A stretch of DNA of 64,000 nucleotides from an uncultured Verrucomicrobiae bacterium (GTDB lineage: Bacteria > Verrucomicrobiota > Verrucomicrobiia > Chthoniobacterales > UBA10450), in assembly GCA_963801815.1 (NCBI GenBank), contig CAWDGJ010000007.1, positions 1-64,000 of the forward strand. The letters run 5' to 3'. How positions within the stretch are numbered: the first letter of the stretch is position 1; each line of letters opens with the position of its first letter. Shown piece by piece: positions 1 to 9,541 of this stretch. The position numbers and the translations under genes are program-made. Below the pieces are notes generated by a model, which searched no databases, was not told the DNA's origin, and was given only the letters and a program-made list of their open reading frames with translations.

Positions 1-85
1 CGCCTGGTCTTGGCTCCAAGCACCTATTACACGCCGACAACGCGGGTGAATCGGTGATGAATTGTCAGCCGCCCATCACCTTACG

Positions 86-550
86 ATGACGAACGAAGAG
101 CCGAGGGGGGTTGGTGGTTGGCTCCTGCTCTTTTGCTTTGGCCAGGTTCTGTTCGGGCCGCCGCGCGCTTTCCAGGAAATTCTCCAGTTGCGAGAGCGAA
201 TCGGGCCGCATCCGTTTCCAGTCGTTCGGGAACTGGCAGACATCATCGTGATCGTTATCGTCCTAGTCACTGCCTATGGAATCACCGTCGGGATCTTGGT
301 TTGGAGCGGCAAAACTTACGGCCGCGCCCTGGCGCGCCAATATCTCATTGTTCGGATCGGCGTGGTCGTCCTGATCTCGGGTTCGTTGATGGCCTGGGGT
401 TACAATGCCTTCGGGCCGGACGCAGCGCAAAGAATCGCCCTCGCGATGATTGGGCCGGGTTCACTCGAAATCGGGACGTGTCTGATCTGGTTCGCTTACT
501 TCACTTATTCGAGGCGGGTCAGAAATACCTATGGAGGGGAAACAGATTAG
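86..550 (+). CDS. DUF2569-like multi-pass membrane protein
   Basis: ORF 62..550, likely ATG at 86; N-terminal GVGGWLL, about 4 TM segments, C-terminal WxxYFxxSRRVRNTY motif. Confidence 0.7.
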   Translation: MTNEEPRGVGGWLLLFCFGQVLFGPPRAFQEILQLRERIGPHPFPVVRELADIIVIVIVLVTAYGITVGILVWSGKTYGRALARQYLIVRIGVVVLISGSLMAWGYNAFGPDAAQRIALAMIGPGSLEIGTCLIWFAYFTYSRRVRNTYGGETD

Positions 551-915
551 CCGACGAGCTGATCGACGGCGGAACGAAGTTGGCGGATGTCGAACGGCTT
601 GGAGAATATGACGCTGACATCCATGCGCTTGTAACCTTCGCACACCTCGGCCGAAAGATTTGCCGAGACGACGATGATCTTACCGTCAATCCCGCGTTTA
701 CGAATTTCGCGCACCAATTCCAAACCGGTCAGGTTCGGCATCTTTTGATCGACAATGATGACATCGAACTGTTTCGAGCAGTCCAGGTGCGCGAGGGCGT
801 CGGCGCCGCTGCTTACACAAGTGATGTTGTATTGCGGCGTATCGAAAACAAACCGGAGCGAAGTGGTGACCGCGGGTTCGTTGTCGACGGCGAGTATGCG
901 ACAAATGCGGTCCAT
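547..915 (-). CDS. Single-domain response regulator (CheY-like receiver)
   Basis: ILAVDNE...VIIVDQKMPNLTGLEL...SKPF receiver motifs. Confidence 0.9.
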   Translation of the reverse strand: MDRICRILAVDNEPAVTTSLRFVFDTPQYNITCVSSGADALAHLDCSKQFDVIIVDQKMPNLTGLELVREIRKRGIDGKIIVVSANLSAEVCEGYKRMDVSVIFSKPFDIRQLRSAVDQLVG

Positions 916-932
916 GGTTTGATGAGAACTCA

Positions 933-1040
933 GCAGTGATTGGGCCAGAGAAGACCGGAGACTGGAAATCGGATACCGGGGCAGAGGGGCCGGTGGCCAG
1001 TGACCAGGACTGAAGGCAGAAGCCAGAAAGCGAAAAGTTT
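933..1040. repeat. Degenerate 7-nt-period tandem array upstream of the response regulator
   Basis: agaccgg agactgg aaatcgg ataccgg ... tggccag tgaccag gactgaa ggcagaa gccagaa. Confidence 0.55.
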
Positions 1041-1390
1041 AGAGAAATCGACATCTCGAGAGAAGACATTGCAGTTAAGGCACTTCCGTTGTCGAGAACC
1101 GGTCACATATTATGTGGCGTCCGCTTCGCGTTACGTTTGGTCTCTGCCAAGAATTTTTTTCATCTGAAGGCCTCGTGTCGATTTGCGGGTTAATGGGTTA
1201 GGTCGGCGAACAACGACCTCGCGGGTACTGGACTCAACGGGATGCGCTATTCCCGACACAGCTTTATCGGACAGACCGTCGAGGTTGGCCGTGTTCCTGG
1301 AACCCGAGCCGTTAGTTTTTGGGATTACCCAATCAAGATGACGAAGAGGGAATTGCGAATTTCGAATCGCGAATTAGCGTGGATAATACA

Positions 1391-2320
1391 ATGACAAGGC
1401 GAACATTTATTGAAATGAGTGCGGCTACCGGCGCAGCGATCTTGGCCGGTGGAAAGATCCTGGGGTCGACATCGGCACCGGGAACGGCCACCAACGCAAC
1501 ATTCAAGATCGGCGGCGATCTCGAAGTCAACCGGCTCGGGTTCGGCGCGATGCGAATCACCGGCGACGGCATTTGGGGTTGGCCGTCCGATCGGGCGAAC
1601 GCGGTCAAAGTCTTGAAACGCGCGGTTGATCTCGGCGTGAATTTGATCGACACCGCTGACGCTTACGGTCCGGAAACGAGCGAGCTGCTCATCGCGGAAG
1701 CATTACATCCTTATCCAAAGGGATTGGTGATTGCCACTAAAGGTGGGAACACGCGGCCGGGGCCGAATCAGTGGGTTCCGAACGGCCGGCCAGATTATTT
1801 GAAGAGTTGCGTGGACAAAAGTTTGAAGCGGTTGCGATTGGAGCGAATCGATCTGTGGCAGCTTCACCGGATCGATCCGAACGTGCCCGTGGAAGAGTCC
1901 CTCGGCGCGATTAAAGAAATGCAAAGCGCGGGAAAAATCCGACACGTTGGATTGTCGGAGGTTTCTTCGGAAGAAATAGAACGCGCCAAGAAGGTGGTTC
2001 CGATTGTCAGCATCCAGAACCGTTACAACTTCGACGACCGGAAATGGGAAAGCGCGCTCGACTATTGTGAAAAGGAAAATCTTGGCTTCCTGCCGTGGGC
2101 GCCGGTCGGCGGCAAGCGCGGTTTGAGCGGAAGCGCGGCGGAAACAGTCGCCAAGACGCACAATGCAGATGTTTATCGCATAGCGCTGGCGTGGTTGTTG
2201 CAACGCTCGCCAGTAATGCTGCCGATTCCGGGCACCCAAAATATTCAGCACCTCGAAGACAACTGCGCCGCGGCGAAGTTGAAACTGACGCCGGACGAGT
2301 GGAAATCGATCGCAGCCTGA
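1391..2320 (+). CDS. Aldo/keto reductase with Tat-like signal peptide
   Basis: MTRRTFIE twin-arginine leader; LGFGAM, IDTADAYG, IDLWQLH and PIPGT AKR motifs. Confidence 0.9.
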   Translation: MTRRTFIEMSAATGAAILAGGKILGSTSAPGTATNATFKIGGDLEVNRLGFGAMRITGDGIWGWPSDRANAVKVLKRAVDLGVNLIDTADAYGPETSELLIAEALHPYPKGLVIATKGGNTRPGPNQWVPNGRPDYLKSCVDKSLKRLRLERIDLWQLHRIDPNVPVEESLGAIKEMQSAGKIRHVGLSEVSSEEIERAKKVVPIVSIQNRYNFDDRKWESALDYCEKENLGFLPWAPVGGKRGLSGSAAETVAKTHNADVYRIALAWLLQRSPVMLPIPGTQNIQHLEDNCAAAKLKLTPDEWKSIAA

Positions 2321-2356
2321 CGCAGTAGCTGAGAAGCAGAAGTCAGAGGTCAGACG

Positions 2357-2779
2357 TCAGGTCGAGAATCGCGCGCGGACGTCAGCCGGCACGCGCGTCG
2401 GTTTTCCCGTTTTCCAATCAATCGGCACCCAAACCGTCCGCGCTTTCGCGAGCAGTTGATGATCCTTCTTTTCGCTATGCTCAAGCTGGGCCTCACGGCG
2501 GATCTCGGTGAAGCGTTCGAATTTTAGCCGGCTCGCCTCCCCTACCCATGTCCGCAACACGATGTCGTCACCGAGGTTCGCCGGCATCTTGTAATCGATC
2601 TCGTGCCGCAACACGACCCAGCCAATCGCCACTTGCGCCTCCGCACTGGCCAGAGATTTCCAATGAGCGGTCGCGACGTCCTGGACCCATCGAAGGTAAA
2701 CCGTGTTGTTCACGTGATTTTGCTCATCAATGTCAGCGGGCTGAACCGATGCCGGCATTTCGAAAATGCACGCGTTCAC
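2357..2779 (-). CDS. Acyl-CoA thioesterase (YbgC/4HBT hotdog fold)
   Basis: DIDEQNHVNNTVYLRW motif. Confidence 0.9.
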   Translation of the reverse strand: MNACIFEMPASVQPADIDEQNHVNNTVYLRWVQDVATAHWKSLASAEAQVAIGWVVLRHEIDYKMPANLGDDIVLRTWVGEASRLKFERFTEIRREAQLEHSEKKDHQLLAKARTVWVPIDWKTGKPTRVPADVRARFST

Positions 2780-2815
2780 ACTGTAACGTCTAACGCGGAA
2801 GTGGTCCGCGCAATG

Positions 2816-3043
2816 TTAGAGGTCACTCTTGATGCGAAAGCGTTTCATCAGCTCCTGCCGGATCTCCATTTGTAGTTCCGGCTGTAAACGACTCAAGAGT
2901 TTCTCGCGCCGGTCAGGATCCATGGCGATAAACTCGCGGACCATCTTTTCACGTGTCTTATATTTAGAGTACTTGCCCCAGCCGATGCCCAGGGCTAGCA
3001 AACCCGACACTACCCAGATTCCGATATCGGTTGTCGAAGCCAT
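2816..3043 (-). CDS. Small single-TM hypothetical protein
   Basis: 75-aa ORF, N-terminal TM helix then charged helical tail; collinear with its neighbours. Confidence 0.7.
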   Translation of the reverse strand: MASTTDIGIWVVSGLLALGIGWGKYSKYKTREKMVREFIAMDPDRREKLLSRLQPELQMEIRQELMKRFRIKSDL

Positions 3044-3126
3044 GGCCGACCGAAATTAAGACCCAACAATTATGAATTATGAAGCCAAAAGCGCGCAGCG
3101 CGGTCTATTCAACTTTTCCGAAGAAG

Positions 3127-3606
3127 TCAGGCGGCTGCTTGAGCGGCGCAGATTTCGCGCGCAAGTCGACGCGCTTCTTCTTCCAGTAAGCCAATCGTGA
3201 ACCTTGGACAGCTGGTGCGGTCGCCCAGATATTCGCGGCACCAATTTTCGAGTCCGCCGCTGCGCTCGCACTGCGCGATGTGGACAAGATTATGCAAAAT
3301 CAATTCGCGATCGTTCCATGCGTCCACCCGGATGATCAAAGCGTAACCAAAGCCCATGCAGCGCGTATCCTCAGTGACGATACCGATCCGGCTCGAGGCT
3401 TCGGCAAGTTGCGGATCGGTAGGCGGCGGAATTCGATCAACCACCAACACTCTTACGCGATCGGGATCCTTAACGCCGGCAATCTCCGCGTCGGCCATGT
3501 GACGCGCGCTCAACCGGCTTCCATGTTCCAACACGAAGTTTTCCTGCGTTTTCGCCCACTGATAGGCAAGCGAAAGCAGGAATTCGAATGTTTCTTTGTC
3601 AACCAC
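3127..3606 (-). CDS. Hypothetical zincin-like protein with degenerate HExxH (HNLVH)
   Basis: ELILHNLVHIAQCERSGG resembles HELVHxxQYER of DUF4157-like proteins. Confidence 0.6.
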   Translation of the reverse strand: MVDKETFEFLLSLAYQWAKTQENFVLEHGSRLSARHMADAEIAGVKDPDRVRVLVVDRIPPPTDPQLAEASSRIGIVTEDTRCMGFGYALIIRVDAWNDRELILHNLVHIAQCERSGGLENWCREYLGDRTSCPRFTIGLLEEEARRLAREICAAQAAA

Positions 3607-3822
3607 AGCGACGGGGGTTTTTTCCTGTAAGCAAAAGGCGTGCTCGCACTGATGTTTATCGACAAAAACCTACAACCCGGGTTCCGTCCGAGCCGAAACG
3701 CCATTATTAAACCGCGGCACGTTTTCGATCTGCCAGGCGCAGCTCCGCCGCAGTTGCGGCCGACGTGGCGAACGCGGTGACAAGAAGACTGTTCACGCTA
3801 TGGATTCGCCTGTCGCAACTGT

Positions 3823-4746
3823 TCATGGCGTAATTTCGTCAGGATGGAATTTGTTCCAGTAGCGAATTGCCGCGGGAGGGGCCATGTAACTTGGATCAGC
3901 CGCTTCGTACTCATCGATCAGTGACGAGTGACCGGTAACAAGTGACGAGCCGGCTGAGGCGAAGCGCTGGATCTCGGAGTGTTCGAGCGCAGCAAATTCG
4001 GTCCGTATTTGCACGTCATCCAATCCGGCGCGCAATTTTTCCCGGAACCATTCCGACCAGCGCACGACACATTCGTCAAGAAGATCGAGGTGCTCTGAAA
4101 TTGGGCCGGTAATTTTTCCGAAGTGCGGGAGATAAAGATTCGCAGCGTTTACTTTTCGGATCCTGGCGATCGATTCACGCCACGATTCGACGTCCAGCTC
4201 CGGCGGCACAAATGGGGGGATCGGCGGACCGTTGCCGATTCGCACACCGGCGACGTCGCCGCCGAAGACGTTGCCGCTCCAATGATAAACGTGGTGATGA
4301 CTCGCGTGTCCCGGCGTGGCGACTGCGCAAATTTCAAAAGGCGGAACGCGCACTATGTCGTTGTCTTCCAGAATCTTCACCCGCTCCGCCGGCACGGGTC
4401 CGATTTTTCCCCAGAGCCGTTCCATGTCGTCGCCGAAAATTCGCCTGGCCGACTCGACCAACTTTGTGGGGTCGATCAGATGTTTCGCGCCGCGCGGATG
4501 CACATAAATCGTGGCCGTTTGAGCAAATCGCCAGGCCGCGCCAGCATGATCAAAATGAATGTGGCTCAGAAAAACGTGGCGAACATCCTTCGCCCCGAAC
4601 CCCGCTTTCCGGAGCTCGGCAACTACGTTGTCGAAGGTCGATTCCGGTCCGGTATCGAACAAGGCGATGCCGTCGTCGGTTTCCAACGCGGTCGCGGCGA
4701 CGATGCCAGACCGACCGAGATGGCGAGTATCGAGGACGTGAATCAA
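3823..4746 (-). CDS. MBL-fold metallo-hydrolase
   Basis: SHIHFDHAG, TPGHASHH, GDVAG and LPHFG motifs; TTG start. Confidence 0.9.
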   Translation of the reverse strand: MIHVLDTRHLGRSGIVAATALETDDGIALFDTGPESTFDNVVAELRKAGFGAKDVRHVFLSHIHFDHAGAAWRFAQTATIYVHPRGAKHLIDPTKLVESARRIFGDDMERLWGKIGPVPAERVKILEDNDIVRVPPFEICAVATPGHASHHHVYHWSGNVFGGDVAGVRIGNGPPIPPFVPPELDVESWRESIARIRKVNAANLYLPHFGKITGPISEHLDLLDECVVRWSEWFREKLRAGLDDVQIRTEFAALEHSEIQRFASAGSSLVTGHSSLIDEYEAADPSYMAPPAAIRYWNKFHPDEITP

Positions 4747-4748
4747 GG

Positions 4749-4774
4749 TAGAATTAAGAATTATGAGTTAAGAA
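4749..4774. repeat. Downstream 7-mer arm of the four-helix-bundle cassette
   Basis: + strand tagaat taagaat tatgagt taagaa; reverse complement of the 5135-5169 arm. Confidence 0.75.
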
Positions 4775-5133
4775 GGATTCGCTTTCGAACGCTTCAAAAT
4801 CGTAACAAAGATAGCCGTCAGCTCGTGAGTTTCCTTCTGCAAAGGCGCAAGCCGTTCCGCGCGCACTAAACTAGCGTCGACGAGCAACTCCAGCCAATAC
4901 GCTGTCTCTTCTAGCTCACGAAGCGAATCGCCGCATTTCGAAATAAACTCCGCTCTGCTTCGACCCCTAAACGCCTCGCGATAGTTTGCGCCAACAGAAG
5001 TGCCGGAACGCAGAACTTGTTTGCCGATAACCTGAGCTTGGGGTGTATTCGGCAACTGGGAAAACATGTGGATAATGCGAAGGCCGAACTTTTTAGTTCG
5101 ATCGTTCAGATTGTGTTCCGTGGGGGAGGACAC
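4768..5133 (-). CDS. Four helix bundle protein (TIGR02436 / 23S rRNA IVS protein family)
   Basis: L.DRTKKF...QVLRSGTSVGANYREA.RGRSRAEFISK....LRELEETAYWLELL signature. Confidence 0.93.
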   Translation of the reverse strand: MSSPTEHNLNDRTKKFGLRIIHMFSQLPNTPQAQVIGKQVLRSGTSVGANYREAFRGRSRAEFISKCGDSLRELEETAYWLELLVDASLVRAERLAPLQKETHELTAIFVTILKRSKANPS

Positions 5134-5134
5134 T

Positions 5135-5169
5135 TTCTTAGTTTCCTAATTCTTAATTCTTAATTCTTA
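5135..5169. repeat. Upstream 7-mer arm (TAAGAAT x3-4 on - strand) of the four-helix-bundle cassette
   Basis: ttcttagtttcctaattcttaattcttaattctta; contains the stop codon of the methyltransferase gene. Confidence 0.8.
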
Positions 5170-5975
5170 CTTATGGCAACAATATAAGCGGCCTTCGGAA
5201 TCGCGAAACCATCGCCGTCGCGGTACTGCTGCACCGATTTTTCGATTGCCGACTGAATCTTACGAAGCGCTTCCGGGGTTTGTCGCGCGAGCAATCCGGC
5301 TGTTCTAACGCCCGCTTTGAACTCGGCGTCGAAGATGAAACTCGCGCTCGGCACTTTCCATTTGATGGTATGCAATTTGAAGGCCATTGATGGTCCGTCG
5401 AACCCGGCGCGTTCGAGCGCCTTCCGAAATTCCCCTTCGTTCTCGAACAAATAAAACAGCGGACCCGGCGGAAGACCGACATCGAGGTTGGCGTGCGCCT
5501 GGACCGCGTCGTCGACCAGTTTCACAAATGGATTTTCCGAAACCTGCGCCCAAGTCGTGAACCCAAATCGGCCACCGGGTTTTAGAACACGTGCTGCCTC
5601 GGCCATCGCGCCCTCCGGATTCGCGAGATGAAGCAACGCGAAGTTCGCAACCACCCGATCGAAAGTCGCGTTCTTGAACGGAAGATTCTGCGCGTCGCCT
5701 TCGCCAAATTCAGTTTTCGGCCACATTTTCTTCGCGATCGCAATCATTTCCGCGGAGAAATCGAGGCCAGTCGGGTTCGCACCGCGTCCGACGGCCGCGG
5801 CGGAGACGTAACCCGGCCCGCAACCGACATCGAGGATCGACATCTTGGACGAAACTTTCGCAGCATCCAGCAGTGGCCCGATAAACTGACGCGTCGAAGT
5901 CGACCAGGTGGAATCGTATTTGCCGGCGACGCGTTCCCAGCTCTGGTGTTCGAACTCGGTAAAAGCGTCGCGCAT
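5160..5975 (-). CDS. Class I SAM-dependent methyltransferase (UbiE-like)
   Basis: ILDVGCGPG, GDAQNLPF..ATFD and RVLKPGG motifs. Confidence 0.9.
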   Translation of the reverse strand: MRDAFTEFEHQSWERVAGKYDSTWSTSTRQFIGPLLDAAKVSSKMSILDVGCGPGYVSAAAVGRGANPTGLDFSAEMIAIAKKMWPKTEFGEGDAQNLPFKNATFDRVVANFALLHLANPEGAMAEAARVLKPGGRFGFTTWAQVSENPFVKLVDDAVQAHANLDVGLPPGPLFYLFENEGEFRKALERAGFDGPSMAFKLHTIKWKVPSASFIFDAEFKAGVRTAGLLARQTPEALRKIQSAIEKSVQQYRDGDGFAIPKAAYIVAISKN

Positions 5976-6097
5976 TTAGTAAAGTATGAAGGATGAGTTA
6001 AGAATGGAACTCGCGGGAACGAGTGACATAGAAGGCAAAATTGCGAGGGTAGCAACTCGCAAGCGTGGGCAGCGAGCGAGTTTCAATTAGGAAATAA

Positions 6098-6664
6098 ATG
6101 ACAAAAGAAGAAAGATTGGTCCTGGAAACGTTGGACACAATAGTGAAGGCCGATGAAGTCCGCTCGCACCTTGTTCCGATTGCGAAGCGCGTGTGCGAAG
6201 ATCTGGCGCGAAAACCGGATGCTTTGATGACGTGGGAGCCGGTCGCGCTTGAAACTTTTGGCGACAACTTGCCGCCGGCAATCCAGTCAGGCTGGGTTTT
6301 TGTCCTTCGTGCCGGCTCGGACACTGGCGCTGAACGCCACCCGAACAGTCAGCAGAGAATGATGACCTTCGCTGGAACGGGCGACATGAAGATCGACGCC
6401 ACAGGGACGCCAAACGACGTGGAGACTGAATCTGAGATTGCCTGGCACTCGCACATTTTGATCAGCGATTCCGACGCGCCGCTGGAGCGCCGCTGGATTT
6501 CAATCGCGAAAAATATCTGGCATCGACCCGTCATTCCGAAGGGAACCGACTGGGTCGTCGTCTCGCTTCATACCGTTCCTGCGAGCGAATTGATCGAGGA
6601 ACGTCCCGGCGCGAAACAAATGTTGTACGCGAACGAAGAAAAACGCGGCCGAGCTACAGATTGA
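6098..6664 (+). CDS. Hypothetical cupin-like protein
   Basis: AERHPNSQQ...WHRP cupin-like motifs; AGGA precedes the ATG. Confidence 0.6.
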   Translation: MTKEERLVLETLDTIVKADEVRSHLVPIAKRVCEDLARKPDALMTWEPVALETFGDNLPPAIQSGWVFVLRAGSDTGAERHPNSQQRMMTFAGTGDMKIDATGTPNDVETESEIAWHSHILISDSDAPLERRWISIAKNIWHRPVIPKGTDWVVVSLHTVPASELIEERPGAKQMLYANEEKRGRATD

Positions 6665-7071
6665 ATACGCGCCGAAGGCCATTCGTTATGAAGTTGTTCG
6701 CGATCTTCTTCGCGTTTGGCGCAAGCATGTGTCTACTGACAATCCTGCTCCTGCTTTTTCCCGGTGGCCCGCTCGATTCGCTCTGGCGGCTTAACCCCGA
6801 CGCCCACGTCGCATTTCAATCGCTCGGCAAGATATCGATCTTGCTCATGCTGATCGTCGGCGCCGGCTGCGCGTTCGCTGCCATCGGTCTGGCCAGGAAC
6901 CGGCTGTGGGGACGCAACCTCGGGTTAATCATTCTCGCCGTTAATCTCATCGGCGATTTGACGAACGCCTTCGTCCGCCACGATTTGCGCACATTGATCG
7001 GACTGCCGATCGCCGGCGCGATGATTTTCTATTTGTTGCAGGCGCGAAACTGGGAATCTAAAGAAATCTAA
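6661..7071 (+). CDS. Hypothetical 4-TM membrane protein
   Basis: Hydrophobic ORF overlapping the stop of the previous gene (alternative ATG at 6688). Confidence 0.7.
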   Translation: MNTRRRPFVMKLFAIFFAFGASMCLLTILLLLFPGGPLDSLWRLNPDAHVAFQSLGKISILLMLIVGAGCAFAAIGLARNRLWGRNLGLIILAVNLIGDLTNAFVRHDLRTLIGLPIAGAMIFYLLQARNWESKEI

Positions 7072-7658
7072 GTCGCAGCCGCAGTTCTTTTTCCAAGGAC
7101 AAGTGCGGCAACGATTCCCACCAGCAGGAACCCAACGACCTGCGTGGTCATGTAGCCCATCGCGTAGTCCTTGGGAAAGCCGTACCAGTTCACGTAGGGG
7201 ACATTGGTTGTAATCGAAGCCAAGATTCCAATGACTAGAATGAAACCAACCTTGCCTGCGAAGCCGCCGATCCGGGTCTGAGCGAGAAGGAAAACTGCGA
7301 GGAGGGATTCAAGCACTTCGGTCGCGAATTCGATTCCGAGCCGTTTCGGAAAGTTGAAGACCCGGTTCGGACGATAAATCAGCACGCCGGCGGCGCCCGC
7401 AGCCATCTGCTCCTCCGCCTTTTTCATAGCGGCCTTTTTTTGTTCTCGGGTTGCGTCTGCAGTCAAACCACCGCTTGGGAAGATATAAAAACCCGGATTG
7501 CCGCGCAGATTGGCCTGGATCGCGCTCGTTACCGCGTCCTCGTTCGGCATTATTTTGATTCCGAGTTCACCGATCGGCAATACATCGTGCGCGATGAAGC
7601 TCCAGATAAACATGACTACACCACCCAAAATTCCAGCTAAAAGAATGCGAGTGCTCAT
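7068..7658 (-). CDS. Hypothetical membrane protein
   Basis: About 4 TM helices with PGFYIFP and NWYGFP motifs; GAGG RBS. Confidence 0.75.
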   Translation of the reverse strand: MSTRILLAGILGGVVMFIWSFIAHDVLPIGELGIKIMPNEDAVTSAIQANLRGNPGFYIFPSGGLTADATREQKKAAMKKAEEQMAAGAAGVLIYRPNRVFNFPKRLGIEFATEVLESLLAVFLLAQTRIGGFAGKVGFILVIGILASITTNVPYVNWYGFPKDYAMGYMTTQVVGFLLVGIVAALVLGKRTAAAT

Positions 7659-7777
7659 ACCTCAAAGGATGAAGGATGAGGGACAAAGGATGAAGTACAA
7701 AATTGGCTTAATTGGGACGCGATTTCGTGCTTGCTCCGTGATGGGAGGATCGACATTGTCGGTGCTCACTAATTCCT

Positions 7778-8044
7778 ATGAAAACAACTCTTGTGACTTT
7801 TATCGCCGCACTAGCGGCGGTTGCGTTCCTTGGGTCGTGCGCACAGAAGAAGGAAGCGCCAGCGGCCACTTCCACTGCCGCGACGACTCATGGCACGGCG
7901 ACGACCAAGAAGAGCTCGACCACCAAGAAGACGTCGACCGCTTCGGCTGAAGCCTCACCGGCTGCGAAGAAGAAGACCACCACGAAGAAGGCAGAAGCCT
8001 CGCCTTCGCCTTCCGAATCGGCTTCACCTTCGCCGACCCCTTAA
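7778..8044 (+). CDS. Low-complexity Lys/Thr/Ala/Pro-rich lipoprotein
   Basis: Signal peptide with lipobox LGS-C, followed by a disordered tail. Confidence 0.75.
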   Translation: MKTTLVTFIAALAAVAFLGSCAQKKEAPAATSTAATTHGTATTKKSSTTKKTSTASAEASPAAKKKTTTKKAEASPSPSESASPSPTP

Positions 8045-8080
8045 TCTAACCACCCAGGATTTAAAAAGGCGGACGAGAAG

Positions 8081-8452
8081 TCAGACCGCGAAGCTTTCGC
8101 CGCACGAACAGTGCGCGACCGCGTTCGGATTGGTCACTTTGAATCCGCCTTTTTGCAGGTCCTCGCTATAATCGAGGACTGAGCCGCTAACAAAGAGCGC
8201 GCTTTTCGGATCGACTACGATGCGAACGCTCGAGGTCGGAACGAGAATATCGCGCTCTTTTGGTCCCTCGACCAGGTCCATGGCATACTGTAAACCGGAA
8301 CAACCGCCGCCAACCACGGCCAGTCGCAATGCGCCGTTAGGGTTTCCTTTTTGTTGAAGCAACGAGGCCAGCTTGTTGGCCGCCGTTTCGGTGACACGAA
8401 TCAGCTTCTCGTTGCCAATCTTATAATTGGCTCTTGGTGTCTCTTGGCTCAT
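8081..8452 (-). CDS. iscA: A-type Fe-S cluster carrier (IscA/ErpA/HesB)
   Basis: GGGCSG...NPNAVAHCSCGESF. Confidence 0.92.
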   Translation of the reverse strand: MSQETPRANYKIGNEKLIRVTETAANKLASLLQQKGNPNGALRLAVVGGGCSGLQYAMDLVEGPKERDILVPTSSVRIVVDPKSALFVSGSVLDYSEDLQKGGFKVTNPNAVAHCSCGESFAV

Positions 8453-8489
8453 CAAAACAATGTCCGGAAAACTTGACTGTTTTAACCAG

Positions 8490-9506
8490 TCAAGTTTGGA
8501 TCGGTGCTAATTTCTGGCATTCTGCTGATTCTGTAAATTCTGTCGAAAGGCTCCTAATTGCGATCGACTCAACGTCCGCGAGCGTTGAGACTTGGGAAAA
8601 TCTCTCGCGCAATCGTTTCGCTTCCGGCATCGATTTGGAATAGGCCATGAGCCGCGCTCGCATCGATCGGATCGCCGCTTCCTCGATGCCCCATTCCCGG
8701 ACATGCAGCTCGCAATGCCGCAAAATTAATTTCCAACGCTCCTTCAACGTCGGTGGATTGACAACTTCGTCGCTTTCGAGATGCGACTTCGTTTCGCGAA
8801 AAATCCACGGCGAGCTCATCGCTGCGCGGCCGATCATTGCTCCGGCGATTCCCGTTTCGCGTTTGCGCTTCGCCACGTCGCTCGCGCTCGCGAGATCGCC
8901 ATTGCCGATGACGGGTATCGAAACTGCCGCGGCGACCTCACCGATTACACTCCAATCCGCGGAGCCGGAATAACCCTGGGCGCGAGTCCGGCCGTGCACA
9001 GTCAATGCGCTGATTCCACATTCGGCCAAGATTTTCGCGACCCGAACGGCGTTCACGGAGTCCGAATCCCAACCAATGCGGATCTTCGCCGTCGCCGGCA
9101 CCGGCGTGATCGCCCGCACGACTGACTCGGCGACGTTCGCCAGAGTCGGACAATCTTTCAGCAATGCCGAGCCGCCGTTCTTACAAACGACTTTGTTAAC
9201 GGGACAACCGAAATTCAAATCGACGAAATCGGGCCGGACCCAGTCAACAACTTGTCTCGCGGCCTCGGCCATGTGCTCAGCATCTCCGCCAAAAAGTTGA
9301 ACGCCGATCGGCCGCTCGATCTCATCGAACTCCAGGTATTCCTTGGTTCGCTGATTGCGTCGGAAAATGCCTTCCGCCGAAACGAACTCAGTGGTGAGCA
9401 CGTCCGCACCGTATTCCTTACAAAGCTGCCGGAAAATCTTGTCCGACACGCCCGCCATGGGCGCGAGAAAAAGCGGAAACTGATTTTGAAACCAGGGTAG
9501 GGTCAT
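8490..9506 (-). CDS. dusB: tRNA-dihydrouridine synthase DusB
   Basis: LAPMAGV, DLNFGCP, HGRTRAQ, IGNGD and MIGRA motifs. Confidence 0.93.
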   Translation of the reverse strand: MTLPWFQNQFPLFLAPMAGVSDKIFRQLCKEYGADVLTTEFVSAEGIFRRNQRTKEYLEFDEIERPIGVQLFGGDAEHMAEAARQVVDWVRPDFVDLNFGCPVNKVVCKNGGSALLKDCPTLANVAESVVRAITPVPATAKIRIGWDSDSVNAVRVAKILAECGISALTVHGRTRAQGYSGSADWSVIGEVAAAVSIPVIGNGDLASASDVAKRKRETGIAGAMIGRAAMSSPWIFRETKSHLESDEVVNPPTLKERWKLILRHCELHVREWGIEEAAIRSMRARLMAYSKSMPEAKRLRERFSQVSTLADVESIAIRSLSTEFTESAECQKLAPIQT

Positions 9507-9541
9507 TTGGAGGGCGTTATTCTCTCACAGAATCACTCACT

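Noticed and set aside
1050..1390. Possible ncRNA or small ORF upstream of the aldo/keto reductase
   Set aside because: No recognisable riboswitch consensus, and no convincing start codon with RBS.
4768..5133. Diversity-generating retroelement (Avd-like gene)
   Set aside because: No reverse transcriptase and no TR/VR repeat pair with adenine-specific mismatches seen in the window.
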